Assembly: GCF_041956535.1 (NCBI RefSeq)
Contig: NW_027192233.1
Coordinates: 1-64,000 of the forward strand
From: Calcarisporiella thermophila CBS 279.70
Lineage: Eukaryota; Fungi; Calcarisporiellomycota
Reading direction: 5' to 3'
Length of the DNA: 64,000 nt
The notes under the pieces were generated by a model. That model saw only the letters and a program-made list of their open reading frames with translations. It was not told the origin of the DNA and ran no database searches. A program made the translations under genes and the position numbers. Of this stretch, positions 23,426 to 36,593 are shown piece by piece. Each line of letters starts with the position of its first letter. The first letter of the stretch is position 1.

Positions 23426-25137
23426 AGTCGGAATTCCTGGGAAAGCATCCGCTCGAAGGTTAGGTTGCTTTCCCCGGGTTCGTTCTTCATTCTGCTTAGT
23501 AACTTCCCGGAGGTAGCCGAAATCATACCGCCAAGCCACGCAATTCGTATATTCCAGCCCCACCGCCTCACGGTAAAAATTGCCCTTGTCTATTAAATAA
23601 TCAATTTCATATTCCCCCTTTTAAAAATGGCTCGCGTCACTTTCCCTTTCCCTCTCCGCCTAAGTGGTTGGTTGCCAATCGCCAGTCGAGCCCCGTGGAT
23701 CGGGGAAAAAGCCACGCCAAGATTCGTTGGAGAAACTTACACGCCCTGATCGCTTCCGTGGTTATGCTTGATATGAATGGTTCTGCAGCCCAAGCAAAGA
23801 CCCCGCTTGTTGGCTGAGTCCTGGCGCGGCACTACGGCTATGTTTGCAGCGGTGTCTCCTTTCCATTGCACTCACTCGCTCGGCGAAACGTTATGTCGAA
23901 GGAGAGGTTGCCTAGCCCAGCCTTCTTGGAGAGCCGAGAGGATCACCCCCCGCGAATCTCACGATCATGGCGGCGAGGGCGGTGAGCCCGAGCGTCTTCC
24001 AACATTGGAGAAGCATAATATTGGCGTTGTCTCTTCATCGGCTTACATCCCGAGGGCAATTAATCTCTAAAAGAGGGGGATGGATGGCTTTTGATTCGTC
24101 CTTGCCATGATGCGAAAATGGACTCGATGATTGGGGTCTTCGGAGGGTTGGGGAAAGAAGAATCTCGAGTTCTGGAAGAATCGGAGTTTGGAGTAATTTC
24201 AAATCAATTAAGAGATCGATTTGTTTATTTTTTTTTTTCAAACCAATCAAGGCTTAGCAATAAACATTTCTTTACATAGCGCATGATGACATGGGGATAA
24301 TCTAAAAATGGCATATCATAACCAAGCTATGGAATTACCTAATGGAAATCGCTATGCTACTCGGTACTTGGCAAGTCCGTTGCTTACATAGTGGAGCAAT
24401 GTGTCTCAAGGCTGAGCTTTCGACGGCTCATATAGCGCCGGGGAAAAGAAATCCGAGCATACGTCTGAGTCTCCTATGCACAAGTATGGGAGTAAGGGCG
24501 AGCTTCGGATTCTCAAGATTCGCAGCGTTTTGGAGAGGCCAAGCTTGTGTGTAGAGTGTAGGCAGAGCATCGTATTGTACGAAGAGGATATCCGAAGCGA
24601 GCCCAGAAGAGAGGTCAAAGAGCCAAACGCCGCTAGCCCTTATACGATCAGCTGATTCTCTACGACCCCTTTCCCAACTACCTTAGGGCTACTAGCTTGG
24701 TGGGCCAGTCGGAAGAACCCGAGGGTGGAGTGGCGGTGGCTGAGACGATGATAGTCGGTAGCAAGGGTGGTAAGTAGGGACCGGAGTCGTGGAGAAGGGT
24801 GGACTTGAGGTCATTTGAAGATGCAATGGTTAAGCTCCTTTCCTATAAACCAGTTTGCGAAGCAATTCTACCCCAGTGCCCTCCTTGCCTTAATGGCCGT
24901 TGGATTGAGCCTTTCCAGGAAAGGGACTTTTTGCATTGTCTTTGTAGGCTGTTTTCGCTTCAGGGCCACAGGTTTGAATAGGATCAAACGCGTAATCCAA
25001 CGTCAAGTGAGAAATGGATACTCTCCAGATGGAATCTGGTGACGGGCCCCTAGGAACCATTCGAATACCAGGAACTACTCCGGCTATTGGATCTGCCCAA
25101 TATTGTAGAAGGATCACATATCATCCTGGGCAAAGCG

Positions 25138-25817
25138 ATGGTTCGATTTATATGGTTCAAATGTACAAGTCTAGTGAAGTCTAATTAGTCTAAAGTATTT
25201 TTGGGAGATGTCGAACATCTCAAGCTATTAAATCCAAGATGCCAAATGATCTAAAAAACTATGATGCTTATCAGCTCATTCTCAAGACCAAAAAGAAGAT
25301 TGAGGATGATGACCAAGCAGTGGAACTAGACCCAGAAGAGACTATGGCATCTGTGCTACAGCAATTTGATAATGACTCTCGAGTGTTGGTCTCAGTTCCT
25401 GTTGTTAATTTATCCTATGTTTCTTTGGTTCACAATTACATGATCATCAATGGCTTGATCTTGTCGTTGGACAAGAAAAACAAGTCTGCACACCTGGTAC
25501 TTATCCTCTTTACCATCGCCAAGTATCGTTCGAATTTGGAATCCAAGTTGATCGCCAACTGGGAAAAATGGACTGCGACCCTGATCTCTAAAAAATATAC
25601 AATCAAGACTATATTTCTTTGGATTACGGGAGGAATTCAATCGACAAAAGAGCCGGCAGAGAAACGTGAGGAAGAAGCAAGCCAAAACATTTATTGGATG
25701 CATCCGAAATACATTGTGTGTGAAGTCCTTGAGGATGTGAATAAAGAATTGACGATATACTGGAAAGAATCCAAAGATCTCGAACAGGCGATGGATTGGG
25801 GGACAATAAAACTCTAA
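25138..25817 (+). pseudogene. Internally deleted Crinkler-like pseudogene
   Basis: MVRFIWFK...*SKVFLGDVEHLK, a frameshift, then AIKSKMPNDLKNYDAYQLIL...ELDPEE...VLVSVP (CRN-type N-domain). It is joined almost directly to a C-terminus TIAK...ANWEKW...IFLWIT...HPKY...DVNKEL that I recognise from fungal CRN-like proteins. Confidence 0.6.
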
Positions 25818-27882
25818 ATCACATATATATACCCCGATACCATGTTCTTGTTACCGAATACAACGGTCTGATTTGTCAGGCATGGAGTTGCTCCGAGAGA
25901 AATAATGTTCACATAGGAAATATAGAGTGGGTCAAAACTATACTCAAGCTATATTTATAGATTTCATTTAACATTACTACAAATGCGAGCAACTTTAAAA
26001 ACTATTTACAATTGCCATTTATTTTTATTTTTTCTTAGGGGCCTCTAAGAGAAAATAGCAGTACTACGTAGGGAAAAGTCATGTCGAGATTTGCGGCTTA
26101 CAATTCAATAGTATAAATTATGGATTCTAAATGTCCTTCGCTAACCAAGGCATGATGTACTTTTAATGATTATAATTGGAGATTTGGAAGTCCTGGTATC
26201 TATGTTTTTATTATTGGCTCACGGGTGTCCAATACCCTAGATAATAATTACCCACATACCTGATTGTAAATTTTCTTTGAAATCTATGATATAAAGTGCT
26301 ATGATACATTCTTTTTTTCTCTAAATTTCCCCTCAAACAAAGTCCTCCATAAATGACTGCTACGAAGCATAAATGACTACATTTTCCTGCAATTAGCACA
26401 AATTGGCCCTGATTCTTCCCGTTCGCTTCTTCGCAAAGCAACATTTTTTTCCGCGAAGTATTTTCCGGAGAAATCTTAATTAGATTAAGAACCTAAGAAA
26501 CCTCAGAAATCCTAATGAGTCTGTGGGAATGAAACAATCGGCAATAAAGCGTTTACAAACTTAGTTCCTAGCTCCTTCCTGCCCAAGATACATTTCCCAC
26601 CTCTATTTGTTAAATTTTTGCACGCACTATGCATGTATCCAAAAAGCGGAAGTGTTATGATCAAGGCTTAAAAGGGAAATTTAGAAATGTTAATCAAGAA
26701 GGGAAATCTTACTCTTATTATTTGTACACGAAAATTATATAGGTCATTAAACTCTATTTCAATTTTACCATCTGTGATCAACTTTTAATCGTGGTTATTT
26801 CGCATAGCTAAAAGTTCAGATATCGAGTTTTATTTGCCATTTTATCATTAGAGTATAGAGGGTGATATTGTCTCTTTTGTGAGTGCTATTATTGTTGTAG
26901 TGTGAACACTAAAGGATATTCCTATAGTGAATGGTAATAAAAAAACCATCAGTATGGCGTGAAACCATAATTGAATATCGCTAGAGTTAAAAAAGTGGCG
27001 TGAGCAAGAAATATTAGAATCTTGTATACCTTATGATAGCATTAACTTTGTATACGGCAACAATAGGTCGAGAGCTCGGGAACAGTGATAAAGTTCATTA
27101 TTATTACTATTCAGTCAAAAAGAAAATCAATCAACTCCACCCTGGTAATGACATCCCAGACAATAGCATACTCAAGATTTTTTTCAATATCTTTTCGTCA
27201 TTCTACAAGAGACTTATGATGAAAATTTCAAACTGTGCTTTAAAAGCCTTTTGTTTTAAGTATTAAATGAAGATAACATAATCGAACCTACTGTATTAAC
27301 TAGATTTGAAATATTTAGTTCTCTATGTCAAATAAAACTATATTTAGCCTGCTATTATTTTCACTACTTGATGCGAAAATCAACAAAAAGATATCTATTA
27401 TTCATATACTATGTAGTTATGTCAATAACCCACCATGACAACTATCGAGGTAAAAGTATTCATTGAACTTGAGACTTTTTGGATATATATATATTCTAGA
27501 GTGGGCATTTGCAACTTATTACTACTCCTCTTCTTTAAGAATTCTACGGATGTTTGACATGATTTGAAGGCTTGTAATAAATGAGTATTCAACCCTGCTT
27601 CATTAATGCTAATTGCAAAATGAGATTTGCTATGTTGCGCAAACTAAGGGTATTCTCGATCATGTGAATATATATGAAAAAAGAGTTTATTTCACACATC
27701 CGTCCCGCTATGACCTTTTTTTGTAATTACGTATCTTGACTGTAGATGTATTATAAGTTTACTACAGTTTACTGGTTAAATAATAAATAATATATAATAC
27801 TACGAACCAACGTTGAGATTATAACTGTTTCATCAAAGATAATGCTACCATTAAACTAAGAACTACCAGGAAGGAATTCTGC

Positions 27883-28922
27883 TTAGCACTTCTTCCATTG
27901 GAATTGATAGATCTGTTGGATTTTGCCGTCGATCGTATCGGTGGTAAGCAAGCCGGTAGCTTTGAAAAGAAAACGCCGATTAAATACCCTTTCAAGAATA
28001 GTAATTCAATAAAGTTTCAACTTACAAGTTTTAGGTGCATCTGAGTCTGCAGTTATACGAATATTGGTGTTGATGTTAACATTTCGCGTTGCATTACAAG
28101 ATGACCAGACAGTGGATTCGAAAGGAACTTCGTCTTCTATCAAGTAGTTGCGATCATAAGGACCATCGAAACCACTACGAACTGTATATTGAGGTGCAGA
28201 GCCTAATTTCATGTCATCAATATATTATTAAATCAGTAGACATATTACGGGAAGAATATAAAAAATCATACCAGAGAAGTAATAGGTACTGGACTGTATG
28301 CCATGCACGCCCTTATCCATGCGCGCATAACCGCGATAAATCGCAGAGGCTACATAAAATAGAATTAGGAATGAAGGAGATATAATCATTTTTTCAAAAA
28401 ATACTTCAAGATTTTTGCATACAAATAACATACCAACAGAGTATTGCCAGCCTAGGGGAACGTGGAGATCGATTGAGATCTGACAGAACTTACGGTTTTC
28501 TACGGGATTAATGTTGGGTCCATACTGGGCAATATATTGGCTGAATATAAGCGTGAAAACCTTGGCGTCCCCTATAAGATTGCCAAAATTTCATAACATT
28601 CAATATTGTCATTTAATTGATGGAAAGCTTGAAATCTTGAAACATACGAGACAAGACTTGCGTTACACTTTTATCTGGACAACCACTTCCGTTATATTTT
28701 ATATCTATTAACAAGTACGAGAAAAAAAAATGGTATTGAATTAATAATTAGACTTGAATATCCCAACCCTTTGTGTCTGATAATCTAGTTAACAATATCA
28801 CCTCTAACATAGACTTGGTTGGGATCAGGACTGTCGGCATCTTCCTGACGTTTAACGTTGGGTAAAGCAGAAACAGCAGAGGCTGCGAGGATGGCGAGAG
28901 TAGCAAGAAGGGTATACTTCAT
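27883..28922 (-). CDS. Secreted DUF4360-family protein, 6 exons
   Basis: Spliced product MKYTLLATLAILAASAVSALP...PDPNQVYV-YNGSGCP-FTLIFSQY-ENRKFCQISIDLHVPLGWQYSV-YRGYA-TYYFSG-VWSSC-NINTNIR-DTIDGK-WKKC*. All junctions are GT-AG. TATAAA at 29010-29015 (minus). Missed as a whole by the ORF track. Confidence 0.9.
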
Positions 28923-31900
28923 AATAAACTAAGAATAAGGTGAAACAACGTTTCAAATTCAAAGGGTTTTAAGATGAGAGCTCATTTATGAACAGGGCGA
29001 TGCTTCAAATTTATACCTCATGCAGAGGATTTTGTGGCTGCCTTTATTCCACTATGTTGGATCAAGCTTCTTCCATGATGAATCGCAATGCTTCTTGTGC
29101 TCTCAGCTGTGGGTCCAATTGTCGATGAGTTCTAATTTAATCGTGAGCATTGATCAATTGGTTGGGCACGCCATCTTCAGTGGGAAGTTCTTGTGCGCAT
29201 TATACCACGTTAACTTTATAAGACTCTTCTTATGAGAGATTTCTTGAATATCGATTATGTAAGTGAAGGTAAATTAATTATGATATGTACACTATTTACT
29301 CTACACTGTTTAGTTTGTATGTCTTTATGCATAAACATATACATCTTGGAGTTTTCGTCACGCGATCTGCCCTCATGGATTCCTTAATATCCCCATAGCC
29401 TTTAGTTCCGGATTAGAAGAGACTTAATTATTGGTTATGGAAATTGAATTATCACTCCACCTTTTGTTTTAACTATCTGTATCTCCCTAAATGCTTTGCC
29501 CATGAGAAGTGTGTTTGAGAAAAAATTTCTAAACATTGTATTTGAATTTCATATTTGTGGTATTTTTTTTGCATGAATTTGCTTTGCAAAAAAATGAAAT
29601 TTTAGGGTTATGCTTGGACTTTTTATGATATTTTCTCACTCTTTATTTACACAATACTCTAATTTTTATTTTCCTCTTACTTTTTCGCTTTTTTAACTTC
29701 CTATTGTGTACTATTGTTGCTAAGTCAAAATATTAATTCTACATCTTCAAGGCTGGCTCTGCTTAAGTTAATACTTGACTGTATTTTAGCGTCCTAGAAA
29801 TTAGATATCTACTTTAGATTCCGTGTATTTATTGATGAGATAATCAAACTTGAGTGTTAATAGGTTCTAACCTTGCATTTTGCTATTAAATAGATATAAA
29901 GATGAATCGATAACTACGATCATAAGGTTTAATTAATATGTTTGAACTCTCTATTTATATTCTCTATGGAACAATGGTCTAAACCTTATCAAGGCTTACT
30001 TGATATAGCTTGTAACCTCTTAAACTCCAGATAACTCTAAACAGCCTACCTCCTTGGGAAGATGGTTGTCGAGGAGACAAATATTTCTTTTTCATATGAA
30101 CCCAATAGCTCCTTTTGAAGTGGCTGGAATGATTACATAACGAATCTGTAAACTATGTGGTCAGATAAAATTCACAACTTAAAAACACCAATAAAGCATA
30201 AACTATGGTTCAATGTCATCCAAAATATTCTTTTAGAAGCTTTATTTTCAATAAACCAGTATATCGGATAAAATAGTGTATTGGATCACTAATATAATAA
30301 ACTCCAAAATAGCAGTTAAACTCCTGTTTATTGAATAAAATAAATCCAAAGTCTATTGGCACAATGACTAAATAATGTTTCCCCATTGAAAAATAGAGAA
30401 GAAATGGTACTTCAATGTTTCTCCAGTCGCTATATGGATTGTACCCAAAAAGCTAAATATTTTTTAATAGTGCCCTATGAAATGTACGCCAATATCATTT
30501 ATCCAACACCGTGCAAGCAGTATATAAATTCTAGATCTATTCAAAAGTTACTAAGTGATCATAGATAAAAAGCAAAATAATGGCTAAATATGTAAATCAA
30601 GCCAAATATACAAACTGATAATTTTAAATAATAAAAGTTATGTGTGCAAAATCTGTATATTTCGATATTCGCTCATGGAATATTAATAGTTGGGCGCCTC
30701 AATTCATTAGAACGATTGATTTCATTGCTTGTGCATTATATTATATTAGACACTCCTTATTTCGGGATAATTAATCTGTAGCATTTAAAAATTTCGGTCT
30801 TCGAGCCCTACTTAAACTTCAAATAACCCACAATTAACGGAGCATTTGCTTAGAAAAGAACCGTATATGTTACACGATTCTAGTGTTGCACCAGCTCATG
30901 CCGAAGCTCGGTATTAAGAAACAGAAGCGAACTGATATAGCTATACGGGATATATAGGGCAATTTTTTCCGCCATTAGCAGCTTGCCTAGCTAATCTATA
31001 ATCATATACGATATATGAATTTATATTATGTTGATTATCAAACCAATCGCATTTAGACATCCCTTGGTCAGAGAATGTAATTCCTTAGGGGCAAGAGACC
31101 CAAGGTTCTCTCTCTGTATAGTATCTGCTTCCACGGAGCCCAAATCGTGCTTATTTCATACTTATGGAAATAAAAAAAATAACGAAAAAAACCATAAAAT
31201 TGATCAAATTTTTTTCATATTGCTGTTTTTAGAATTGTAAATTGTAATAAAGATATCTGCTATCCTTGTCCCCTAGCTTTTTCGAAGCATCTGAATCGTT
31301 TATTAAGAATTATTCACTCTATAACGACTTTCTATTCATAACAACAATAAACAATGAACAAGGACTTTAGTAAATTATTGACAGACTTGAGCAACTGGAA
31401 CGGTGATATGGACGTAAGATAACACAAGAGAGTCTAGCAATACGAAGACGGAATAGGAAACCCTCATTCAGACAATGAATCAGAAGCGGAAACAGAAGAA
31501 GTTTCCTTTGAAAGGATGTTATCTTGGTAGTTGAAGGTGTTTTGCGAGGTCTCTTCGTAGGTGACTTTGAAAGATGAATGCTGGTCTCACTTTTATTAAG
31601 TAGATCAGCAAAGCATCTCTCCCACAAATACTCATCCCCAAGAGGAGACTACCTCCTAAGTTCAAAATTGGAGAGCTTTTGGCAGAATCACATCCCAAAT
31701 CAAACGCTAACGGCTAACTTGCCGAAATTCAAAAAGATGTCCTGGGACTCGCGAGACCTCTTTTACTCTCCCTCAGCAGAATGAACTCGGTACTAGGAAA
31801 AATCGACCCTAAATACTTTACAATTTTCCTTGAGGATGAAGCGATCTCATCTTACATACGGCCGCGATGTTTAAGCATTCAGCTTCACAATCAATGAGAT

Positions 31901-32187
31901 GATATCAGAGTTGACGCCGAAGAAACAAAAGATATCCCTTGGGATTCGAAACCAACTCAAAAAGTAGGGAAATCATGCTCCCAAAAGAATAATTAGCACG
32001 ATTAAGACAAGACACTAGCTACTCATCTTTATAGTTTGTTATTTTGATATTACTACATTATATAATTATCTCTAAAAACATTAATATGAAAAAATTTTGA
32101 TCAATAGAGTGCTTAAACTTTGAATTCTTGCAATTTTATCCCTGAAATCGAGATTTCTCCATTTCTCCTTTATCGTCATAGTATCGC

Positions 32188-33156
32188 TTAATATTTAGTG
32201 TATTCTCCCTTTGGCATTATACCGTGATGGACTCACGCCGACATACTGGCATAGAGCTTTTTGATATATGCTTGCTCAATACCTTCCTAGGCCTTTTCGA
32301 TTCGTTGGCAAGTCTCATCATTGTACTTGAGTTTTCGAGGATAATTATTGAAACATCGATGTACTTCAACCCACAAGTTCTCAATGGAATTTAAATCAGG
32401 AGACTGGAAAGGCCATTCCAACACCTGCAACTACTGTTCTTCAACCTGGTTTTGGTTGTTCTGGCTGTGTGTTTGGGATCCTTGTCCTGTTGAAAAATAT
32501 ACTCGGGTCTATCCATACCGTAGTATTCGAATGTGTCAAGAAGTCCTCCTGTAGAATGTTGTACTATAGTAACGCGCCCATCGGTGATCTACCACCGTGT
32601 TTAATCGTGGGTTTAACATAGGTTCCGGAGGATTTCACTCTTGCGCTTGTAGTAGAACTCCCTTCCTGCGTTCCGATAATTCATCATCGGGCCACATTAT
32701 TGTCTACTATTGTACAATATTGTACAACTACTGTCCAATCTAGGTATCTTATTGGCAAACACCATCCTCTGCCGCCTATGCTTATAGGAAAGGAGAGGAC
32801 TTCTATTCTTGGTCCCTACCAATAATCTATATTTCTGAAATGTGTGCCTTAATGTATCGGGTGAACTCCGGTCTCACACTCGACTCTAAGGTGATTTTTG
32901 GCCTCAACAGCTTTGAACATCGTCGTGAAGAGACTAGCGAGTCGATCTTGCACTCGTTCCCCTCGGTCAGTATGGTTGGGCGACCTGGCCGCATTTTTGC
33001 TGGCTTTTTGTCGTGTACATCTTGTGTTTTGACATAATTTGTCACGGTGATATGGTAATTACCAAGCAAGGTATCAATTTGCCGGTGGGAATAGTCCTCC
33101 TGAGAAAGCTGAAGAATACGCGCTCGTATCTTGTTGGATATTGGCTTCATGATCAT
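32188..33156 (-). mobile_element. Near full-length but degenerate Tc1-family transposase
   Basis: HTH region with PGRPTILT, then PLLSYKHRRQRMVFA, FQQDKDPKHTA, WPFQSPDLNSIENLW and terminal KGEYTKY*. Multiple frameshifts. Confidence 0.88.
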
Positions 33157-34052
33157 AAGTTTTATAACGTTGATGGATGCATTTTAACTATATTTTTTTT
33201 AAAAAAAAAAATTATAATAATAAAGATATCGAAAAATAAATAATTTACTTAGCGGTAATAATATTTTCAATAAATTGCAAAATATATACGCAATTTTAAA
33301 ACTCGACCCTTTTTATCTCGGAAATTTATCAATTAAACCTAGGAAATAATTAAAAGTAATATTTTCTCTGTATTATATTAGTTTAATATAAATTATCACC
33401 GAAATACTACAAGGGATGGTGGAATGATAAGGGTGATAAGAAAAATATTTTAATTTCATCATCATTTTTGCGGAATACTGGGTACCAACATATTGCCCTA
33501 TGCTTGGGTTCATTCGGTCGCTTCTTCTTATACATCCCGGTTATCTCCCATATGATGGGATTGCTTGAGGTCTCTTTCCATTCAGGAGTGATATTCTCTC
33601 CTTTGCTTATTTTGTATAGCGATGAGAACCTAGTCACATATTATTTTAAAATACGGATCTTTTGAAAAGTATGCATACGTAGTTAGTCGGTGAAGCTGAA
33701 TCAAAGATCGTATGCTTTTGTACATAGTATAGCCAGTTTCTGGCAGAATTATTAGGACTTAGGTTAAAGAAATAGAGAATCCAGTCACGACATGTACGAC
33801 AAGCAAGGAGCAGCTATGATAGAGAGTAGTAGTGTAGAAACCGGATATGACACGCACGAAATAGTAATAGTAGAGAAATCCAGACACGACTATACTGGTA
33901 GGGGTTACGCGATTCGAATCCACACCATCTTGATGGCACCTTGGAGCACTTATCATTAAGCAATTTCGCAGCCTATGAGGACGGGTAAAAATTTGTGACT
34001 GCTTTTCCCCTAAACTTAGTACTAAAATTTGATCAAGAAAAATGTGAATATC

Positions 34053-34125
34053 GCCGGGTTAGCTCATCTGGGAGAGCGTAAGACTGAAGATCTTAAGGTA
34101 CCCGGTTCGATCCCGGGATCCGGCA
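34053..34125 (+). tRNA. tRNA-Phe (anticodon GAA), intronless
   Basis: Acceptor stem GCCGGGT/ATCCGGC, D arm GCTC/GAGC, anticodon arm TAAGA-CTGAAGA-TCTTA (GAA at 34086-34088), T arm CCCGG-TTCGATC-CCGGG, discriminator A. Confidence 0.97.
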
Positions 34126-34130
34126 TTTTT
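34126..34130 (+). terminator. Pol III oligo-T terminator
   Basis: TTTTT immediately after the tRNA. Confidence 0.8.
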
Positions 34131-34613
34131 CTTAATAATACTTTTTGATTTTTGAACATAGAATGTTAAATCTTTTTTTTCCTAAACAGATTTACCTTCT
34201 TTTTTTTTCGTATCTAGCAATTTATTTTCTATGGCTTAATAGACATCTGACTCATAATTTAATTTCCAAATAGATGGAAGTCAAGCTTTTTGAATGAACT
34301 GTTGATATATGCTCAAAATTTATATTTTCAAGCTTAATTCCTGTACATTCAATGCAAAATCTTGACTGCATCTATTACACTGTTTTACATTTACTAATAT
34401 TATAATAGGATAGCAGCAAATTCAAAAAAATATTTTTAATCTCCTTTCCCCAATTGAACAGAATATTCATATCATCTTCTAATATGAGATAATCTACGTG
34501 CATGTGTTATATTTTATTATATACATTGAGTATATAGTTGTCTTTTCTAAATTTCAAGTCTCCGAAAGGATAACACACGTTTTTATTTTTTGTTATCTAT
34601 CAGTGCATAATCA

Positions 34614-36419
34614 TCATTTTCTATCAATATTGGGCACCTCCAACTTCCTCGTAGGGTCCATGAACATTTTCACCATTTCATCGGTTACTGCCTCCTTGCG
34701 CTGATAATAAGAATAAATACTAATTATACTCCAATTCTGAAAAATACCGAAATCTAAATAAAACAATACCTTTTGGAAATCGCCTACGAATTTCTGTACT
34801 AATTTGATGCAGATCTGCTTCATCTCTCCAGTCAGTAATGTTCCCGCTTTATACTCATCATATAATCTCTTCAATTCAGTGTCATCGTCCAAAAAGAAAC
34901 TTATATATTGATATGGCACATCCACATCAGGATTGCCACCATGGAGGCGATGCAATTCAGCAGTGTCACCGCCTCCGGAGAAGGCATAGCGATTGATCTT
35001 GTTCTTGATTTGATTGGGAGTATCCGAGAGGTAAATTGCCGAATTAGAATCAGAGGCGCTCATTTTCGATTGTGCACCCTACGTGTAAAAACATCATAGT
35101 TAAGGTGAAGCCAGTCTATTGCTGCGGAGAGTAAAAACTCACTTGAAGAGCCGGCAAAAATCTCCCATGTATAAGACTTGGCTTTGGGTATTTGAGCTTG
35201 TGGGCACAATCACGAGTGAGACGGAAATATGGATCCTGCAATTATTTAGAATATTCAATAACTAAATATCGAATTTCGAGTATATCCAACTATATTAATC
35301 AGCTTTACTTGATCAATAGCACAAGGAATTAGGCATGGGATGTCGCTACGACTGCCAAATATTTGAGGAAAAGAGTTCGAAAACGAAGGAGCCGCTTGAA
35401 TTGCAACGAAATGGGATTTCCCAATGCAGTCACTAATTAAAAAAGGTTGTGATAAATAATCAAAAAAAAAAAATATTATAGGGAAACTCTTGAGCTAACC
35501 TGTCATTAAATCCAAACACTGCCTTCGACTGACTAAGGGTAATTCCCCGTGATATTTTGACTACATTGCGGTAGAATGCACCCCTAGAAAAACAAAATTA
35601 ACACGCATGTTTCCGACATCTGAATACTGATTTGCGTTACCCAACATAATCGAGGTTGGAGAAAATAAAAGTTTTTTCCGGCTTAAACCCAAATGCAATA
35701 ATGTCTTTAGCGTTCTGCAACGTGTATTTGTAGCACTGATCGATGGTGAGACTGGGCTTGAAAAGGAATTTTTCATCATCTATCATAACATCGATATAAA
35801 AATGTTGTTTGAAAAGGATATGCTAAACAAAAAATCATTACCTGTAAGCTGAATAACTAGAGGCACATCGAACACTTCTTGGAGCCATCTAAAAACAAAA
35901 TATGATATTTATAATATGCATGTTAGAATTTTGTATTGACTAATGATACTTGCTGGCAAAATATGAAAGGAATTGCGTGACCAAGATGCATACTATCACT
36001 GCTTGGACCACGCCCAGTGTACAAATAAAATGGCTTCTTTTTTTCGTAACAATCCAGAATACGATTAAACTCTCTGTAAAAGAAAAGAATAAGAACAATG
36101 AATGCATTAACAACAAAAAAGAATACGTTTACCTGTGCGAAAAGAAGTATCCTCGTCTCAAAAATGGATGCGGCTTCTGCCCAGTTAGATTTTCAAATCG
36201 AGCTAGCAATTTTTCATCTATAGGCTGAGTCCCGAACTGCTCGATTAGTTTATCATAATTAATGGCACATTGTTTTCCATCAACGACAGCGCCTTGAACA
36301 TCCCAAGGAGTCACGATTTGCTCGTGAGGGGCAGAGTCTGCTTGGTCAGCTATGACAGTATCAGCCATCTGATTGCTTAACGTGGAGATGCTTTGGTCAG
36401 ATTCGATTGTTTTAGTCAT
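34614..36419 (-). CDS. WRS1: Cytoplasmic tryptophanyl-tRNA synthetase (about 9 exons)
   Basis: [36 protein letters not shown] (HIGH), PCAIDQDPYFR, KMSAS (KMSKS), YAFSGG. Confidence 0.97.
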
Positions 36420-36593
36420 TGAGATCGTTAAACTAGATAAAAAAACTACAAAGATATCCTAGGATGAAATATTCTGTATCATAAATGATATAGTAATATA
36501 AGAATCCAGTCACAATTTGTGACGCAAAAACAAAAGGTATTTGTTTATTTCATAAATAATAACACATCTTTTAAGCGGGATCAATTCTAGAGC

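Noticed and set aside
24780-25130. Possible LINE remnant (EKGGL-like motif)
   Set aside because: One short motif amid many stops is too weak to call
31367-31990. Possible kinase-like pseudogene on the minus strand (…FILKENCKVFRVDFS)
   Set aside because: Only a faint resemblance to a catalytic-loop/DFG region, with no other kinase motif
35810-35825. ATATCCTT resembling a U12 intron 5' site in WRS1
   Set aside because: It lies inside an ordinary GT-AG intron whose normal boundaries restore the frame
34053-36419. Functional link between the adjacent tRNA gene and aminoacyl-tRNA synthetase
   Set aside because: Non-cognate pair (Phe versus Trp)
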